Below, piece by piece: positions 29,441-44,400 of a stretch of DNA of 64,000 nucleotides; within the stretch, counting starts at the first letter, position 1; every line of letters begins with the position of its first letter. The DNA comes from Eledone cirrhosa. Lineage: Eukaryota. Under the pieces are notes generated by a model, which was not told the DNA's origin, ran no database searches, and was given only the letters and a program-made list of their open reading frames with translations. The DNA is taken from positions 7,440,001-7,504,000 of the forward strand of contig OZ024751.1 of the NCBI GenBank assembly GCA_964016885.1. The letters run 5' to 3'. Made by a program: the position numbers and the translations under genes.

Positions 29441-30999
29441 CAGCAATAGCTGGTGGTTTAAACCAGTTTTTTCCAAAAAGAAATTCAGAATTCACTAAGG
29501 GCCCTTGAAGTGTAGGAGGCATGAAGGTATTATTCTCTACAACTTTGTTGGTTCGTTCAATGTTTTACTTGTGTTTGTATTGATCATATAATACAAAACG
29601 AATCCTATGGGGAAAAATGTGTCTGCAAATCCTTCACTGTAATCGTTCACTGAATCTCAAATTTTGTATCATGTTTTTGACAAATTATTTTTAAAACATG
29701 GTGAATCTTTGTTATCCTGTGTTGTGCGCGTGTATATTTGTGTGTTTGTAAATATGTGTGTACGCATACACGTGTGCAAGTGTGTGCGTGCACATGTTTA
29801 TGTGTGGAAAAACAATGTTGTTCTGCAGAAATTGATGGGCTCACACATGTTTGTGGGTACACAATAATAGTATGGGTGCCTTATATTTAGAATTAACCAA
29901 TTTTCTACTTCATTATATAATACTTATTCTACAAAATATTATACGTTTACGCCTGGCTTATATTTGTGAATAAATTGTTTTTCCTTGGTGATGCTTTGCA
30001 TTTTCTGTAATTGTATCATTGCATTTGTGAAATGTGAATATATAGAGATTACTAGCTTATGGAGCTACTATGGGAAACATGATTGACAATGAGTATATCA
30101 AAATATGTGGCAGCATATATAATTATGTATATCTACAAATCAGTTTGTGGTATTTATTTCCTCTGTTGTCTATATCCTGGATTGAAATCTTGTTTTTCTC
30201 CACTATAGATTTACGGGATCGATACCTATGCAATGAACACCATTTATGTAGCTCATTGAGTTTGCTAATTTTCAGAATCTGTGGTATTTTGCCAATGTTA
30301 AAAAGTATAGTATCACTATAGATATTTTAGAAGCAACGCATTGTATGTGGGTGGATGCGACAATATGGCGCGGAGAAAATATGTGAACACATGCTTAAGA
30401 AGTTATCATCATCGGTAACACTAAATGGTCATGTGTGTGTATGTATGTGTGTTTGTGTGTGTGTTTCTGCGTGTGTGTATTGATTTCTATAGTCTAGTGT
30501 TAAGAACACTTCAATTACTAAGGCCGAATACATAGTCTCCAGTAAGTGCTAAGTTATTTCATTATCGTTTTTGAAATTGATGTAAAACAAAATTAAAACT
30601 ACCACGTTTTAAAATAAATGCTTTTAAAATTGATATGAGAACAGTGCTATCCCAGAAATATTAAAAAGAAACCATCTACATTTATTTAGATAACGCTATT
30701 TTATCATGCTATATTCCCTACTATATCTCTGATGTAGGAATTTAAATTTGACACATCCATTTTGCACGCCTTAATATATGGATTTTTCAAGCGCCTGCAT
30801 TGACAAACACTGCATTTGGGAAGAAACCTTTATCTTAATGTATATAATGAATATGTACATGTTTAAGTTATCTGGAAATCTCAAGCATTTTTGGTCAGAA
30901 TAAAATAAAATATATTTCATCTTTTAATTAAGTAAAGGATATTTCCTCATATAAATCATCCAGCATTACTTTTAATGGTGGAGTGGAACGATGTTGCAG

Positions 31000-31175
31000 G
31001 AATATATTGCTTTCTGATATAGGCACAAGGCCAACAATTTTGATGGAGGGCTAAGTCGATTACGTCGACTCCGAAAGGATGAGAGACAAAGCTAAGCTAG
31101 GAAGAATTTGAACTCAGATTGTAAAGGGGCGTAATTAAAGCATACCTGACATTCTTCCAATACTACCAATCCATT
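31000..31175 (-). mobile_element. Old SINE-A-related copy
   Basis: aggcacaaggcca...gtcgact..gaaaggatga...atttgaactcag. Confidence 0.7.
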
Positions 31176-31819
31176 ATCTTATATTCATTTTCATACTGTT
31201 TTGCTTGTCGGCACTGTCATTTCTAACTTCATAAAATCATACAATTTACATTTGCTGTTCTCATTAGATATTTTTAATTCATTAACGTATATGATACCTA
31301 TACATAGGTCTAAACAACAACTTCCTATTATTGTGTTTTCATCTGACAGGAGTTGGCGGTAAATGTATTTCTACTGTCATTTTTTTTTTTCATATAACAC
31401 CTAATATTCCTCCTATATATTTTATGTTACTGCTGCCACATATTTCAATTAACACTAATATTACAACCAACACAAGCTACTGCTGTCGTTTCACCATTCA
31501 TTACACTAATCATGCTTTCTTTTTCAACCGATATTGTTCTATTGAGAATACCGTCCTAGTTGTCATGACAATGTGATTCGTGCAGCATCAAGATGCACAT
31601 CAATTAATATCTAATATATGCAGCTGACAATTCCTCCTTAAATGGATTCAATACTGAAGGTTTTTAATTTTAACTTTAATTTGATACATAATCAGTAAAG
31701 TACAGCATAGTATGTCAACATATATATCAAAGCATTGTAATTACAACTCATTTCATAAGAAAATAAGTAAATAAGCCTACAAGCAACATCTTTCATGTTT
31801 TTCTCTCATGCATACAAGA

Positions 31820-31850
<31 letters not shown>

Positions 31851-31917
31851 TACATATATAGGGAAAATAATCAGGACCCCGACAGCTGAGCTCCGGCGGC
31901 TTCGACAGCTAAATTTG

Positions 31918-32185
<268 letters not shown>

Positions 32186-32407
32186 AACCTGATTGTATTT
32201 TCGTTGTTGTGTCGCCTTCTGTGGCTATATCCCCTAACCGCAATTTTCAATTCGTCACGCTATTTAACGTATGTTACTTACTCTAAGTTGTAACCTATCG
32301 GTTTATCAATACACTCTTATTGAGTGTTTCGTGGAAATCCGATTGACATAATGTCAATTTTACTAACCTTCAACTTGTGTATATATTGATATATATACAC
32401 CCCCCCC

Positions 32408-32458
<51 letters not shown>

Positions 32459-32499
32459 TAAATAAGAACGATATTGCTCAAATCAATCCACAAACACAC

Positions 32500-34650
32500 C
32501 AAACACATTCAACCAAACGCTTACTTTCACTCATGTCTCCTGTTAAACCAAACCGGGTAACTCCTCCAACTTCGCAAACCAAACATTGAATAACTACACT
32601 CCCAAACTCCATATACTGTACAGGACCGTATCAAACACCAGATGAGGTAGACAACTGTCATCAAAATGCCGTTGCCACATGGCGCAATTTCTAATATGTT
32701 ATTATTATCTACAGCGGATACGACCTCCTAACATAATATACCGGGTTCCAACATCCCCCGTCGTTTCTCGATTTTAAAACTCAAAATAATCCCCCTAGAT
32801 GACACGAAGCCTCCATCAATACGTCTAGTTCTTACAACACAATATATAAAACCAAAATATACCGAAGCCATTAAAGAAACAGGCGAAATTAACCTAAGTT
32901 AAACATCACAAAATATGATCTCAAAAGGCTACGCAAAATGTATATATTTCGTGCAGTAAAACCGCGAAATATCCGTAAATAGGAATAAATACATCAGAAG
33001 TATATCTACAACATCCTTCTAACTGACTACTTAAATGTATTCTATTTAGCTTCCTTAACGCCTCAAGATCGTCAAATTCTGAGAAAGATAAATATCAATC
33101 CACCAGGAGCGAGTTACAGTTTCCACCCAATGCCATGCCCCAGACGTACATGAAATCATGATCTGCAAATACAATGTAACAAATATTTACTATAAACCCT
33201 ACCACCCGTAAGAGTTTATCATTTGTCCAGATAATGTATCCGTTTTACATCGTCCTATACATGAAACTAGACGTTGCTGAAGGAAACATATTTAAAACCA
33301 ATTTCCGAAAACCAGATCTGTTAAACTACAGAACTCTTTCTCAACTAACTCAACGCCAAACTTGCGTAAAGGTTAGAGAACACATACAGGGGCTTATTTT
33401 ATTATTATAATCCTTATTCTACTCACTCTATTAGTAGACAATATACTCCACCTTACATTATTTCAATTATTTGTAAGCGTTGCGTCACTATATCCATTAA
33501 ATGCTTTTTTAACCACTGTTAAATCGCCATTAACTACAATAGCTATTTGTATATTTGTGCATCTACTAGATCCCGCTATATTTCTTCATCCAACTGCCAT
33601 ATTGTGCAACATCAGTATACAAAATACTCTGAGAACACATATTGTCCTCCTTCAAATGGCAACCACAAAGATCCTGTACTTGACACATACGTTTTTCTAT
33701 CATCTGATGGATATTGTTCGGACTCAGCTCTTAGGTTCCGTTTCCACTACAATTATAATATATATCACCTCCTAACACCAAAGTAAAAACCAACAGGTAA
33801 TATTTTGGGCATATTATAACGCAATCGACCGCCACATCATCCACCAGTGCAATGATGTACTTAAGATACCCACTTAAAAACTGTTTCACATCGGGTTTAT
33901 TAAGTATAGACATCCCCAGGGCCATCGTTCTCGACCCTTTTAACCTATACTCTATCAAGCTAACAACTGATTCCAGTCTCCGGACACCTCAATAGCAAAA
34001 CCAAATCGCAAGTCTAACCTAATCACGATTGATTCCAACAGCAACCGACCTACCGTAAAAACGTACATCCATAAAGATTATCTAAAAATAGTTCCTTTCA
34101 TCGTGATACAACTAAGATCCTTGTTTTTTACAATATTCAAATCACCAGTGCCCTAATTCCTCGGCATAAATATTCGTTAAACACTTCATGTAGCTGAATA
34201 AGGTCCTCTCCATCGAAGGTCTATACAAATAAATGACGCACAATCTGTTATACCTTATCTCCTCGAGTCGTCATCTATGTACCTTCCTATTGCTAAAAAC
34301 CGGCCTGTTTAGTGTTTTATTAACGAATGGAATCCTCACATATTCCACTTCAACCTTTCTTTCTTTACCCTTTGCCTCCTTAATTTGCTGCAGAATATAT
34401 CGACCGGTAAACTAACTTCAGATATCTTTAGCTTTCACTAAAAAAAGACCTCATCCAAACAAAATATTGACAATAATTCCCTGAGCTATAGTTCGACCAG
34501 TTTTTTCCACACATATCCTGTATCACATTTACCTCTCCTTAGTTTTCTTAACTGTCTATACTTTTCCGCCTTAGCACAGTTTGAGAAAAATAGACGTTAC
34601 TTTATTGCGTATATTTAGCACTGTATTAGACAATATATCACATAATTATT
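32500..34650 (+). mobile_element. Possible very decayed Penelope-like RT remnant
   Basis: C/A-rich ORF-like composition, weak motif traces (IPRAIVLDP vs GxxMGSxLSP), degenerate hammerhead-like cagatga..gacaactgtc..aaaa at ~32640. Confidence 0.3.
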
Positions 34651-34811
34651 TACTCATTAGAGATGAACATTTAGACGCTATTGTAGATGCATCAATCAGG
34701 TATTCTTGACGCTTCCTCCTGTTTACAGAATCCGACACTCCTTCACACATACCCACGCGTGAAGAAGTGTCCAGAAGGAGTTATTGTGACATCTACAATA
34801 GCATTGAAACA

Positions 34812-35095
34812 TTCTTCTTCTTCGTCCACTTATTGCTGCGCGTGTCGTGGGGGCAGTGTCATGGGCGCAGAGTCCTCAAACACTCTTCCCAGTGTGTTTT
34901 GTCGGAAGCAACCGTTTCCATAGGATCCGGCTGGATCCCCATGTGAGACCAATTGAGCTCATGGATTTTATCCAATCATCTTGCTCTGGTTTTCATTATG
35001 GTTTCCTGCCGGTTTGTTATGCCTGTAAAATCTGTTAACCGGTTCTTTCCTGAGACATTCTAACCACATGCCAAAGGATTGCGTATGTCTATCTT
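34812..35095 (-). mobile_element. LINE (RTE-like) 3' end
   Basis: Minus strand ends in (GAA)n; contains an RP.ARW.D-like C-terminal motif (ccagagcaagatgattggat). Confidence 0.55.
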
Positions 35096-35503
35096 GAATA
35101 AGAAAATAAATAAATATATTGGATAATACAGTGTTAGATATACACAATGAAGTCGGAGATACTAGGGGTTGAAATTTATTTGATCAAATGGTTACACGGT
35201 CATGGGTGTGTTGGGGCTATAAAGACAAGCACCAGCAGCATATGAATGTCATTTACGCATCGTTTATCTCGACTGTAGCAAATGTATTAAATTTATGCAA
35301 ATAGTCTTCTGTAAGGGCAATCATTACATTTGTAAGTAAACTAGATTGCATTCCTGTGTAATGCAGTCAGTTGTGGGCATGAACAAGCCTCACCAAGCAT
35401 TACATCAAGTAAAAAGAAACACAGACATTGTACATTTGGGCGATATTACAATGTACAATGTGTGTATTTGATATACACATATATAATCTAATTTTTACAA
35501 ACG

Positions 35504-35557
<54 letters not shown>

Positions 35558-35613
35558 CGGCGATGAATTAGTTTTGCGAGGTTTTTTATATGAAATCGTG
35601 TGTCGAAACAGAC

Positions 35614-36166
35614 ATTGTTATACTTGGGGAGGGTCATATTTGCGTAATATTGCCAGAATTAATAACAGAACACACTCACTGTTTGGTTGGTTTTCGCTTC
35701 TCGCTGTCTTTTATTATATCTGCGATCTAACTTACTCGGTCCTCAATGTTGCCATTGACTGACCGGCGGTCAAAAATAATACAGATACAATATAGACACA
35801 AACACATATATATATATATAGTTTACATAATTTACATAAATATAGACAGACTGAATAAAAAATGGCGTAGACATACAACACAACAGGAGGAACAATGAAT
35901 ATAACACCACTGACGATGTTGCAGATGTGCAACGAAAGATTTATGTAAATTATGTAAACTATATATATATATATGTGTTTGTGTCTATATTGTATCTCTA
36001 TTATTTTTGACCGCCGGTCAGTCAATGGCAACATTGAGGACCGAGTAAGTTAGATCGCAGATATAATAAAAGACAGCGAGAAGCGAAAACCAACCAAACA
36101 GTGAGTGTGTTCTGTTATTAATTCTGGCAATATTACGCAAATATGACCCTCCTCAAGTATAACAAT
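35614..36166. repeat. Fold-back with 228-bp arms and a hammerhead core in the 97-bp loop
   Basis: Arms 35614-35841 and 35939-36166, 2 mismatches seen. Confidence 0.95.
35910..35937 (+). ncRNA. Hammerhead catalytic core plus stem II (stems I and III not recognisable)
   Basis: CTGACGA-t-GTTGCA-gatg-TGCAAC-GAAA. Confidence 0.6.
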
Positions 36167-36187
36167 ATATATATATATATATATATA

Positions 36188-36996
36188 TTGGTAAACGGAA
36201 TAGAAAATGCTGACAAATTGTTCACAGTTGAAAAATGGTTTAATTAGGAATAAAAGAGTATTAGTGATTGTATGGGTTAGTATTCAGTTGTGGTTTTAAG
36301 TTTTTAAGTTTTTACCGGTTGCGCATTTCTAAATGCTTTTCAAAAATAATTTTGAGATAGAGTGTCCGTGCTGTTTGCTCTGATCTGATTAGTTTTGGGA
36401 ATTCTACCTGTTTTTATGTTAAAAAAATGGCTCCAGCGTTATTTTTGTGTTGCAAAAATGCTTGTGGTCAAAACAATTTTGATTGGTCGGTAGAGGTCAT
36501 GTGAATGTAAAAAGTTGATTTTGCGCCAAGACTGTTTTTATGTTAAAATGTTAGAAAATTTTTTATCCACATGACCTCTACCGACCAATCAAAATTGTTT
36601 TGACCATAATTTTTGCTGGAGCCACTTTTCTAACATTTTAACATAAAAACAGTCTTGGCGCAAAATCAACTTTTTACATTCACATGACCTCTACCGACCA
36701 ATCAAAATTGTTTTGACCACAAGCATTTTTGCAACACAAAAATAACGCTGGAGCCATTTTTTTAACATAAAAACAGGTAGAATTCCCAAAACTAATCAGA
36801 TCAGAGCAAACAGCACGGACACTCTATCTCAAAATTATTTTTGAAAAGCATTTAGAAATGCGCAACCGGTAAAAACTTAAAAACTTAAAACCACAACTGA
36901 ATACTAACCCATACAATCACTAATACTCTTTTATTCCTAATTAAACCATTTTTCAACTGTGAACAATTTGTCAGCATTTTCTATTCCGTTTACCAA
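36188..36996. repeat. Fold-back with 371-bp essentially perfect arms
   Basis: Arms 36188-36558 and 36626-36996; spacer built from arm sub-segments; TA flanks. Confidence 0.95.
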
Positions 36997-37031
36997 TATA
37001 TAATAACTTGTGTGTTACACCTCTATTCTTT

Positions 37032-37174
<143 letters not shown>

Positions 37175-37420
37175 GCACAAGTAGAGATTCAGCGAGAATC
37201 GCATTTTCGGCGGACAGGAAAAGCAAAGCGAAACGCAAAAATCAGGAATGATACTGGCAAAGTGCTCAGTAGTTAAAACACAGAGCTAAACAATGTGTTA
37301 AGAAGCCATACAAAACTCAAAAGGTGGTCAAGAAGGCATTAACCGCCCAAGCCAAAAACCAAATCAAGCTATACATGTCAAAACAAAATAAATGATAAAA
37401 AATAAGTGATAACCAGAACA

Positions 37421-37458
<38 letters not shown>

Positions 37459-37478
37459 TATATATATATATATATATA

Positions 37479-37512
<34 letters not shown>

Positions 37513-37621
37513 TATATATATATATATATATTATATATTATATATATATATACAATATATATATATATATATATATACACAATATATCTATCTATATATA
37601 TATATATATATACACAATATA

Positions 37622-37698
<77 letters not shown>

Positions 37699-37793
37699 TA
37701 TTTATAACAAAGGAATTGTGGTAAGGAACCAGATGGACCATAACGCACCAGAGTATTAAATACTTAGGGTAGTAGAGTGGGAAATAGGAAAAA

Positions 37794-37922
37794 TAGGAAA
37801 CAAGTATGACCCCGACGGCAGAGCTCAATCCGTTTCGACGGCTATTTCTGGACTCAAATAGTCCAGAAATACTAGACGAAACGGCTAGTCGAAACAGCTC
37901 TTCCGTCTAGGTCATACTTTTT

Positions 37923-37926
<4 letters not shown>
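37794..37926. repeat. Small fold-back of the half-hammerhead micro-insert family
   Basis: aagtatgacc..gacgg.agagct...tatttctggact / agtccagaaata...agctct.ccgtc..ggtcatactt. Confidence 0.75.
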
Positions 37927-37968
<42 letters not shown>

Positions 37969-38065
37969 GAACAATCGACTTTCGTCAAATCGGACCGAAG
38001 GAACAATGTTTCCGTTGGTCTTTCCAATTGCTAATACTATCTATCGGTCGCAAATCCAGGTAGAA

Positions 38066-38185
38066 GGAGCAACGTGAAATAAAGTGTCTTGCTCAAGGAC
38101 ATAACGCATCGCCTGGTCCAGGAATCGAACTCACAACCTTACGATTGCGAATCCAATTATCTAACCACTCAGCCACACGCTTTCA
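38066..38185 (-). mobile_element. tRNA-derived SINE family B (CORE/V-like body), 5' portion
   Basis: Reverse complement: gtggctgagtggttag (A box), gagttcgattcc (B box), gtccttgagcaagacactttatttcacgttgctcc. Confidence 0.85.
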
Positions 38186-38640
38186 TATATATATATATAT
38201 ATATAAACAGAGAGGATTAGAAAGAGGGAAATAGATAAATGGGAGTAGAAACAGTTAGATAACGTTAATGAGGTGGGGTGTTGATTGTCGATGTGTATGT
38301 TAGAGTGAGAAATAGCTAGCCAAGAGATACGAAAACAAAACATAAACTTTTCTGGAACCTCTATAGAAATATGTAACAATTTTATATTGTAATCCACGTT
38401 ATGTGTACGTATGATGCTCACATATACATTAATCAAATATTCTGTATAATTAGAATTTCTTACGGGACATAACGTCCCCACATGTGGTATAATGTGCACA
38501 AGGCTGGATATGGTGAGTAGTAAACACTTCAATTAAATAAGATTATTCGTGCATATTCACTTTATATGTGTTCAGAGATATATGGAGAAGTCCAACAACT
38601 ATATTTTGGGAAATATTGTTAACGGTACGATACATCTGAA

Positions 38641-38738
38641 AATAATTGTTTCTACTTTAGGCACAATGCCAGCCATTATCCCAGTGTATTACTGGTACTT
38701 TATTTTATGGACCTCGTAAGGATGAAAGGCAAAGTTAA
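38641..38738 (-). mobile_element. SINE family A 3' fragment
   Basis: aataattgtttctacttt...gtaaggatgaaaggcaaagttaa. Confidence 0.85.
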
Positions 38739-39636
38739 TAATACTCGATGTTCACGGATATAACGAATAAATATCTGCAGAAATAGAGACGATATAAGGC
38801 CAGAAAATATAAACATTCATTATAGCGATGATTTGTTTATAAACAGATGAGAGCTGCAATGGCACCTTTCCTGGCTGCCCTGTATAGTCCATGTGTAAAT
38901 ATAGTATCTATTATTGCTCAAGCTAGTGGGAGCAAACTGTATGTTTGCAAGTGTCAACGCATCGGCATTAAAAGATCGATGAACATAATTGAACATTGAT
39001 ATACAGCGTTGATTAATATACCATTAGAAATATATTTTGTTGGCTGTTGATAACAAGAACGGATGGTGTTGCTATCATTGTACACTTCCATAAGGATGTT
39101 TTGAACAAGTTTATATATAAGGACGTATCCGGCAAAAAGGAGATAATAAAAAAACAGAAAAAGAGATCCATTACCTGCGCATCTGTACATATAAGAAATA
39201 GGTATACATTTGAAATTAATAGATATAATTCCCTTAAGATTAATCTCTCTTGATTGATGGTGTTCAAGGTAGAAGCCATTTTATATGTAGCTTTGAATAC
39301 TAACATATTTATCCTATGCAATTCACCTCGAAAATAATTTTGAGAAAGAGAGCTTTGGGAATTAGAATAGCTGTTTCTGTTCGAATATATTTACAAATGT
39401 ATTTTACGTCTTTTCTCGTTCGATGTGTGGCAGCCTCTAATAAGTTTTGAAAACAATATTACTGTTTTGTTTATCGTAAATGGATTTAAGCGCACTCCAT
39501 TTGTTAAGATATTTCATGCGATATACTTTTCGATATATTTTTATATTACTTACGACAGTTAACATTTATTGGTCTACTAAATATACTAAATATAGTATTA
39601 TTCAATTATACAGAAGGATATTTACAAACTATCACG

Positions 39637-39774
<138 letters not shown>

Positions 39775-41268
39775 GAATGTGAGTGTGTGTGTGTCTGTGC
39801 TGCAATCATAGCCAAATTTCCAGACTTTCACTTAGCAATCATTGTGTCTAGCTCTTCATTCAGCCGGCTGGCATTTTCTTCAAGTGTCATTTACCATAAC
39901 TTCTCTACCTAATTATCCACAGTGAAATTTTGTGAACACAATAAGCGGATATCAATCGTATGGAGTCTACTTTTAATCCAAATAATTCATATTTGTTCTG
40001 TTTTTTAGATTCTATTAGATTATATTGTATTCAATGTAGTAAATAACAAACGCTTAGTGGTAAGAAACCCCCATGCGAGCTGGAGAGCAGAATGTCTTCT
40101 GAGAAGAAACATCCTTCAAGCGATTGTTTAGGCCCATAATTTCTTCAACTCTAACGGGGCCGGGCGGCAGCAAGATCATATCTCCTGTGTACCCTTCTGC
40201 TTACATGTAGTCATTCTGAAATCAGAGACGTGTGTGTTTCAACCGTATGGAGATTTTGTTGACAAGATCTACCTGGGACTGCTTTCCATTGCCTTATCTT
40301 ATCTTATATTTAAACGCTTTCTTGAAATGAAAAAATAAAAATCTGTGCTAGTCATTGTTGTGGTGAGATGTCAAGAGTTCTGTTACAATAACTACAACCA
40401 CGAGAGCTGAGGATATCAAAAATAGATCATAAGGACCAAAACAATACATCGTGAAAACCTTTTGTCAGACACTCGGCCTATTCTTCTTCTCCACCATTGT
40501 GAAATTCCTTTTACTCATTTCTACTACAGTTCATTTTTGAAAATGACAACGTTGTCTTATATATGATTCTATTATAGAATACGATATATTCAGGCTCTAC
40601 ACAAATCTAAATTTGCTAGAGGAATTCATTAGGTTTTACATTTTCGTCTAACTTAATTGCAGACGTTTGAAAATGTATGATTACTCGGTACACACAGATT
40701 TGATTATATTTCCCAGGTGAAATATATCTGACTCCGTATTCTTTTTAATGTTTTTGCATTTCCATTTTTTTCAACTGATTCTGTGATACAAATTATATAT
40801 CAGTAATGAACACTGTGAATTACATTATTTTTGTCAAATAATGATATAGATTTGTGCTTCTATTTTAGGTTAAAACCACATATAATTATGTGGACACGAA
40901 TAGGTAATACATGGATTCTTTGGATTTCCGCCTAGTTTCCAAAATGTTTTTACTGTGTTTATCTCTTTTTATGGTGTATTGTTGAATAAACCAAGAAGCC
41001 TACCATCTAGTATATCATTTATAAAAAAATCAATGGAAAGGTCGGAATTCAGAATACGAATATTGTCAAATACTTTCTTTATATTTTCCAATACTCTATA
41101 CCTACTTTTGCACTTTATATTATTATGCTTCAAGTTAAAATATATATAAGCTGTAGAAATTATACATATATACATACATAGATACATATGTATAAATATA
41201 TATATATAAGTGTGTGTGTGGGGAGGGATATGTGTGTATGTGTGTATATATATATATATATGTGTGTG

Positions 41269-41337
<69 letters not shown>

Positions 41338-41368
41338 GTGTGTGTATATATCATTATATATGCATATA

Positions 41369-41406
<38 letters not shown>

Positions 41407-41414
41407 TTCATAAT

Positions 41415-44400
41415 ATTAACAAAAATAGACATTCGTGTGATCAAGTATATTTTATTATACATATTTCAGAGGTACCTAGCTATCTTCAACAGTACGTCCT
41501 CATCAGATAAAATAAAATGATGCATGGCATACCCTGACATAGTAGATGGTTAAGATTCAGTAATGGTAGTGAATATATGACAAGACTCAATATTTATATA
41601 CCTTAAGATTGAGACATGAACAACTTTACATATAATACAGAAGGTGCGTGTGAGAAAGGTTAAAAATACATAATAGCAAATTACATAACTGTTAGAGATT
41701 CAAATAATTTAAATTATTGAAGAAAGAAGAAAGAAAAAGACAGAGAGAAACAGATGATGAAAAAATATAGTTACTTGAAGTATAGAAAGCAAAAGCGAAT
41801 TGATCAAGGATAGAAAGACAAGGGGGAATAATTTTTATAGTATAAAGCATAGATAAATACATGAATATACATTTGGGCATAGCTATATAAAAGAGTAAAC
41901 TCGAATCTTTGAATTATCTAGATATTAATTAATTAATAGGAATCTTTGAATTATCTAAATATTAATTAATTAATAGGAAATATACTAACAATTATTTATA
42001 TACACTATATATATCCAAACTTATCCGGCTGGCCGTTAAATTTCGAATTCCTTATGTTAGTTCAGATTAATGGATTAATCTAAAGGTATAAGCTTTAAAG
42101 GTTTATAAATGTCTATATTAATATTAAAGTATACTAACATATTTAATTTATAAAATCATATTTAAAGTATTTTCAAACATGCGAAAGAAACTTAGTATTT
42201 CCATCCAAACGAAGGTAAACCATATTATATTATATTAACTTTTATTATTTTCCCATACTAAAATAATTCTCATTATATAATTAAACTTAAAACAGCTATT
42301 ATTAAATTTGATATATGCATTTGTCTAAATATAAACAAAGAGTATATTGTCTAAAGTTCAAGACGATATTAGTCAGTTATACATAACATAATATAATATA
42401 ATAAATAAGTTACAGTTAATACTGTTACAATTAAGGTTTCAGATCAATTATTGTATCTTAGGATCATGTAATACATATAGACTATAACAATTTCATGAAT
42501 CATAAGGAAACGAACCAGATTCAAAATAAATAAGTAAATTGTTTGCGATCATATAAGTGCCAAATATTTAAGCTATATAATTTAAAATACAAGAACATTT
42601 TTAAGGATCTATATAGTAGTATAGTATCATATATAAGTGTCTGCAAACATGAGAAAGAGAAAACTTAAGATTTTCATCGACCCGAAGGTAACCCGAATTT
42701 AATTAAATTAAAAAATAATAATCGTTATATAATTTAGAAAATATTTAACAATTATAACAATAGAATGTCCTTAAGTATCTAAAGTACTTATAAATGTAGC
42801 TAGAAGTCTGTTATTAAACCAGATATTCACATTTGTCCAAATATATACAGAGTATTCTGTTCGGAACTCAAGACGATATTAGTGATCCATATACATATAA
42901 TAAATAAATAATAAAAAAATAATAAAAACATTGTTAGTAAAGTTATAATAGAAGTTTTACATCAAGTTAAGTGGAAACAGTTTGTCGACTAGGATCGTGT
43001 ACGACGCATATACCATACATATATGTAAACAAATATAAATATATAAATCAAACATCTTGAATCTTAAAACTAACATACTTAAAAAGAATAAATACATAAA
43101 TACATAAAAGCATGAATTGTCTACGGTTCATTACAACTGTCAACCATATAAGCTATATATATAAAACAAATACAATAATCCCAATCAAATTAAATGTATC
43201 TACACAATCAAAATATATGGATATTCATCAAGAGATCATGTTAACAATCTATATGTTAATATAGAACCCTTAATCTAACAATTATCATATCATAAATGAG
43301 TAAAAAAAAATTTACGCACTCAGTTTATACGAGACGTCAAACATTAGAACGTGTTTATTTAGTGTTTTTTCCTGACTTTTGGAAGGTAGAGGAAGTTTTA
43401 TGAAAGCAATTTGAGAATAATTCACTTTTTTTGTTAATTAAATTATCATAATTAGTAATTATTAATAGGGTCTCCATAGTACAGAGATTGCAGTTAGGTG
43501 ATATAGACGAATTCGAGTATATCCGACTATTACACAGCTTCGACCAAGAAATCGAGTATTTTAAATTTTTGTGTTTTAACGCCATACAAGTTGTGATAAA
43601 GAAGTCGAAGATTTCCCATTAGCATTCGAAACATAGTATTTGTGATTCGAAAATCTTAATTTAAATGTCGATGAAGTTGCACCACTATAGTTGTATGTGA
43701 TGTTATTTGCTTTTAAGTTTCATTTTTAGACCAGATTGCTATCCAGACACTTATTTTGCAGAGTGCAATTTGATATATTTCTACAATTATATTTCGATTT
43801 ATTGTTATTACTATAAATTGGACAATTGACATTAACATTGCTAGTACTTTGAAGTGTTCTATTGATTGTGCTTAGATCAATGTTATTGTTATTCCTATTA
43901 TTAATATTGCTAGTGTTATTAAATTCATTATCGTTAATTGTTTGTTTATTATGATTTAGAATTCTACTATTTATTTGTGCGATGTCCTGGGCCATATTCA
44001 TCGGTATAGAATAAGAAAGCTTAATTGTGTGTCTGTTAAATATGGAACGGTATTTGTGTTGAATGGGGAAGCATTTATCTAAAGCTTTAAAGAATAAATT
44101 GGCGAGTGGTGTTTTTATTGCTACAGAAGCTGGGGAGCAAACCATATAACTGATTTAGTTCTGATATTTTTCACCGATTTATTCACGGTATATTATAAAT
44201 TTTAGAATCTCGTTAGTATATGTTAGTCTTATTTTTATCAGGATTATATTTCAAATTATTATTATCTATATATTCAATATTACGTTTATAACCTGCCTTT
44301 CGTAGTGCGTCATTTTGATATACAGCTTTTTCATCAAATATGTATTTATTAACGGATATTCTAGTTATGCGTTTCTGTACACTATAGACTATTGCATTTT

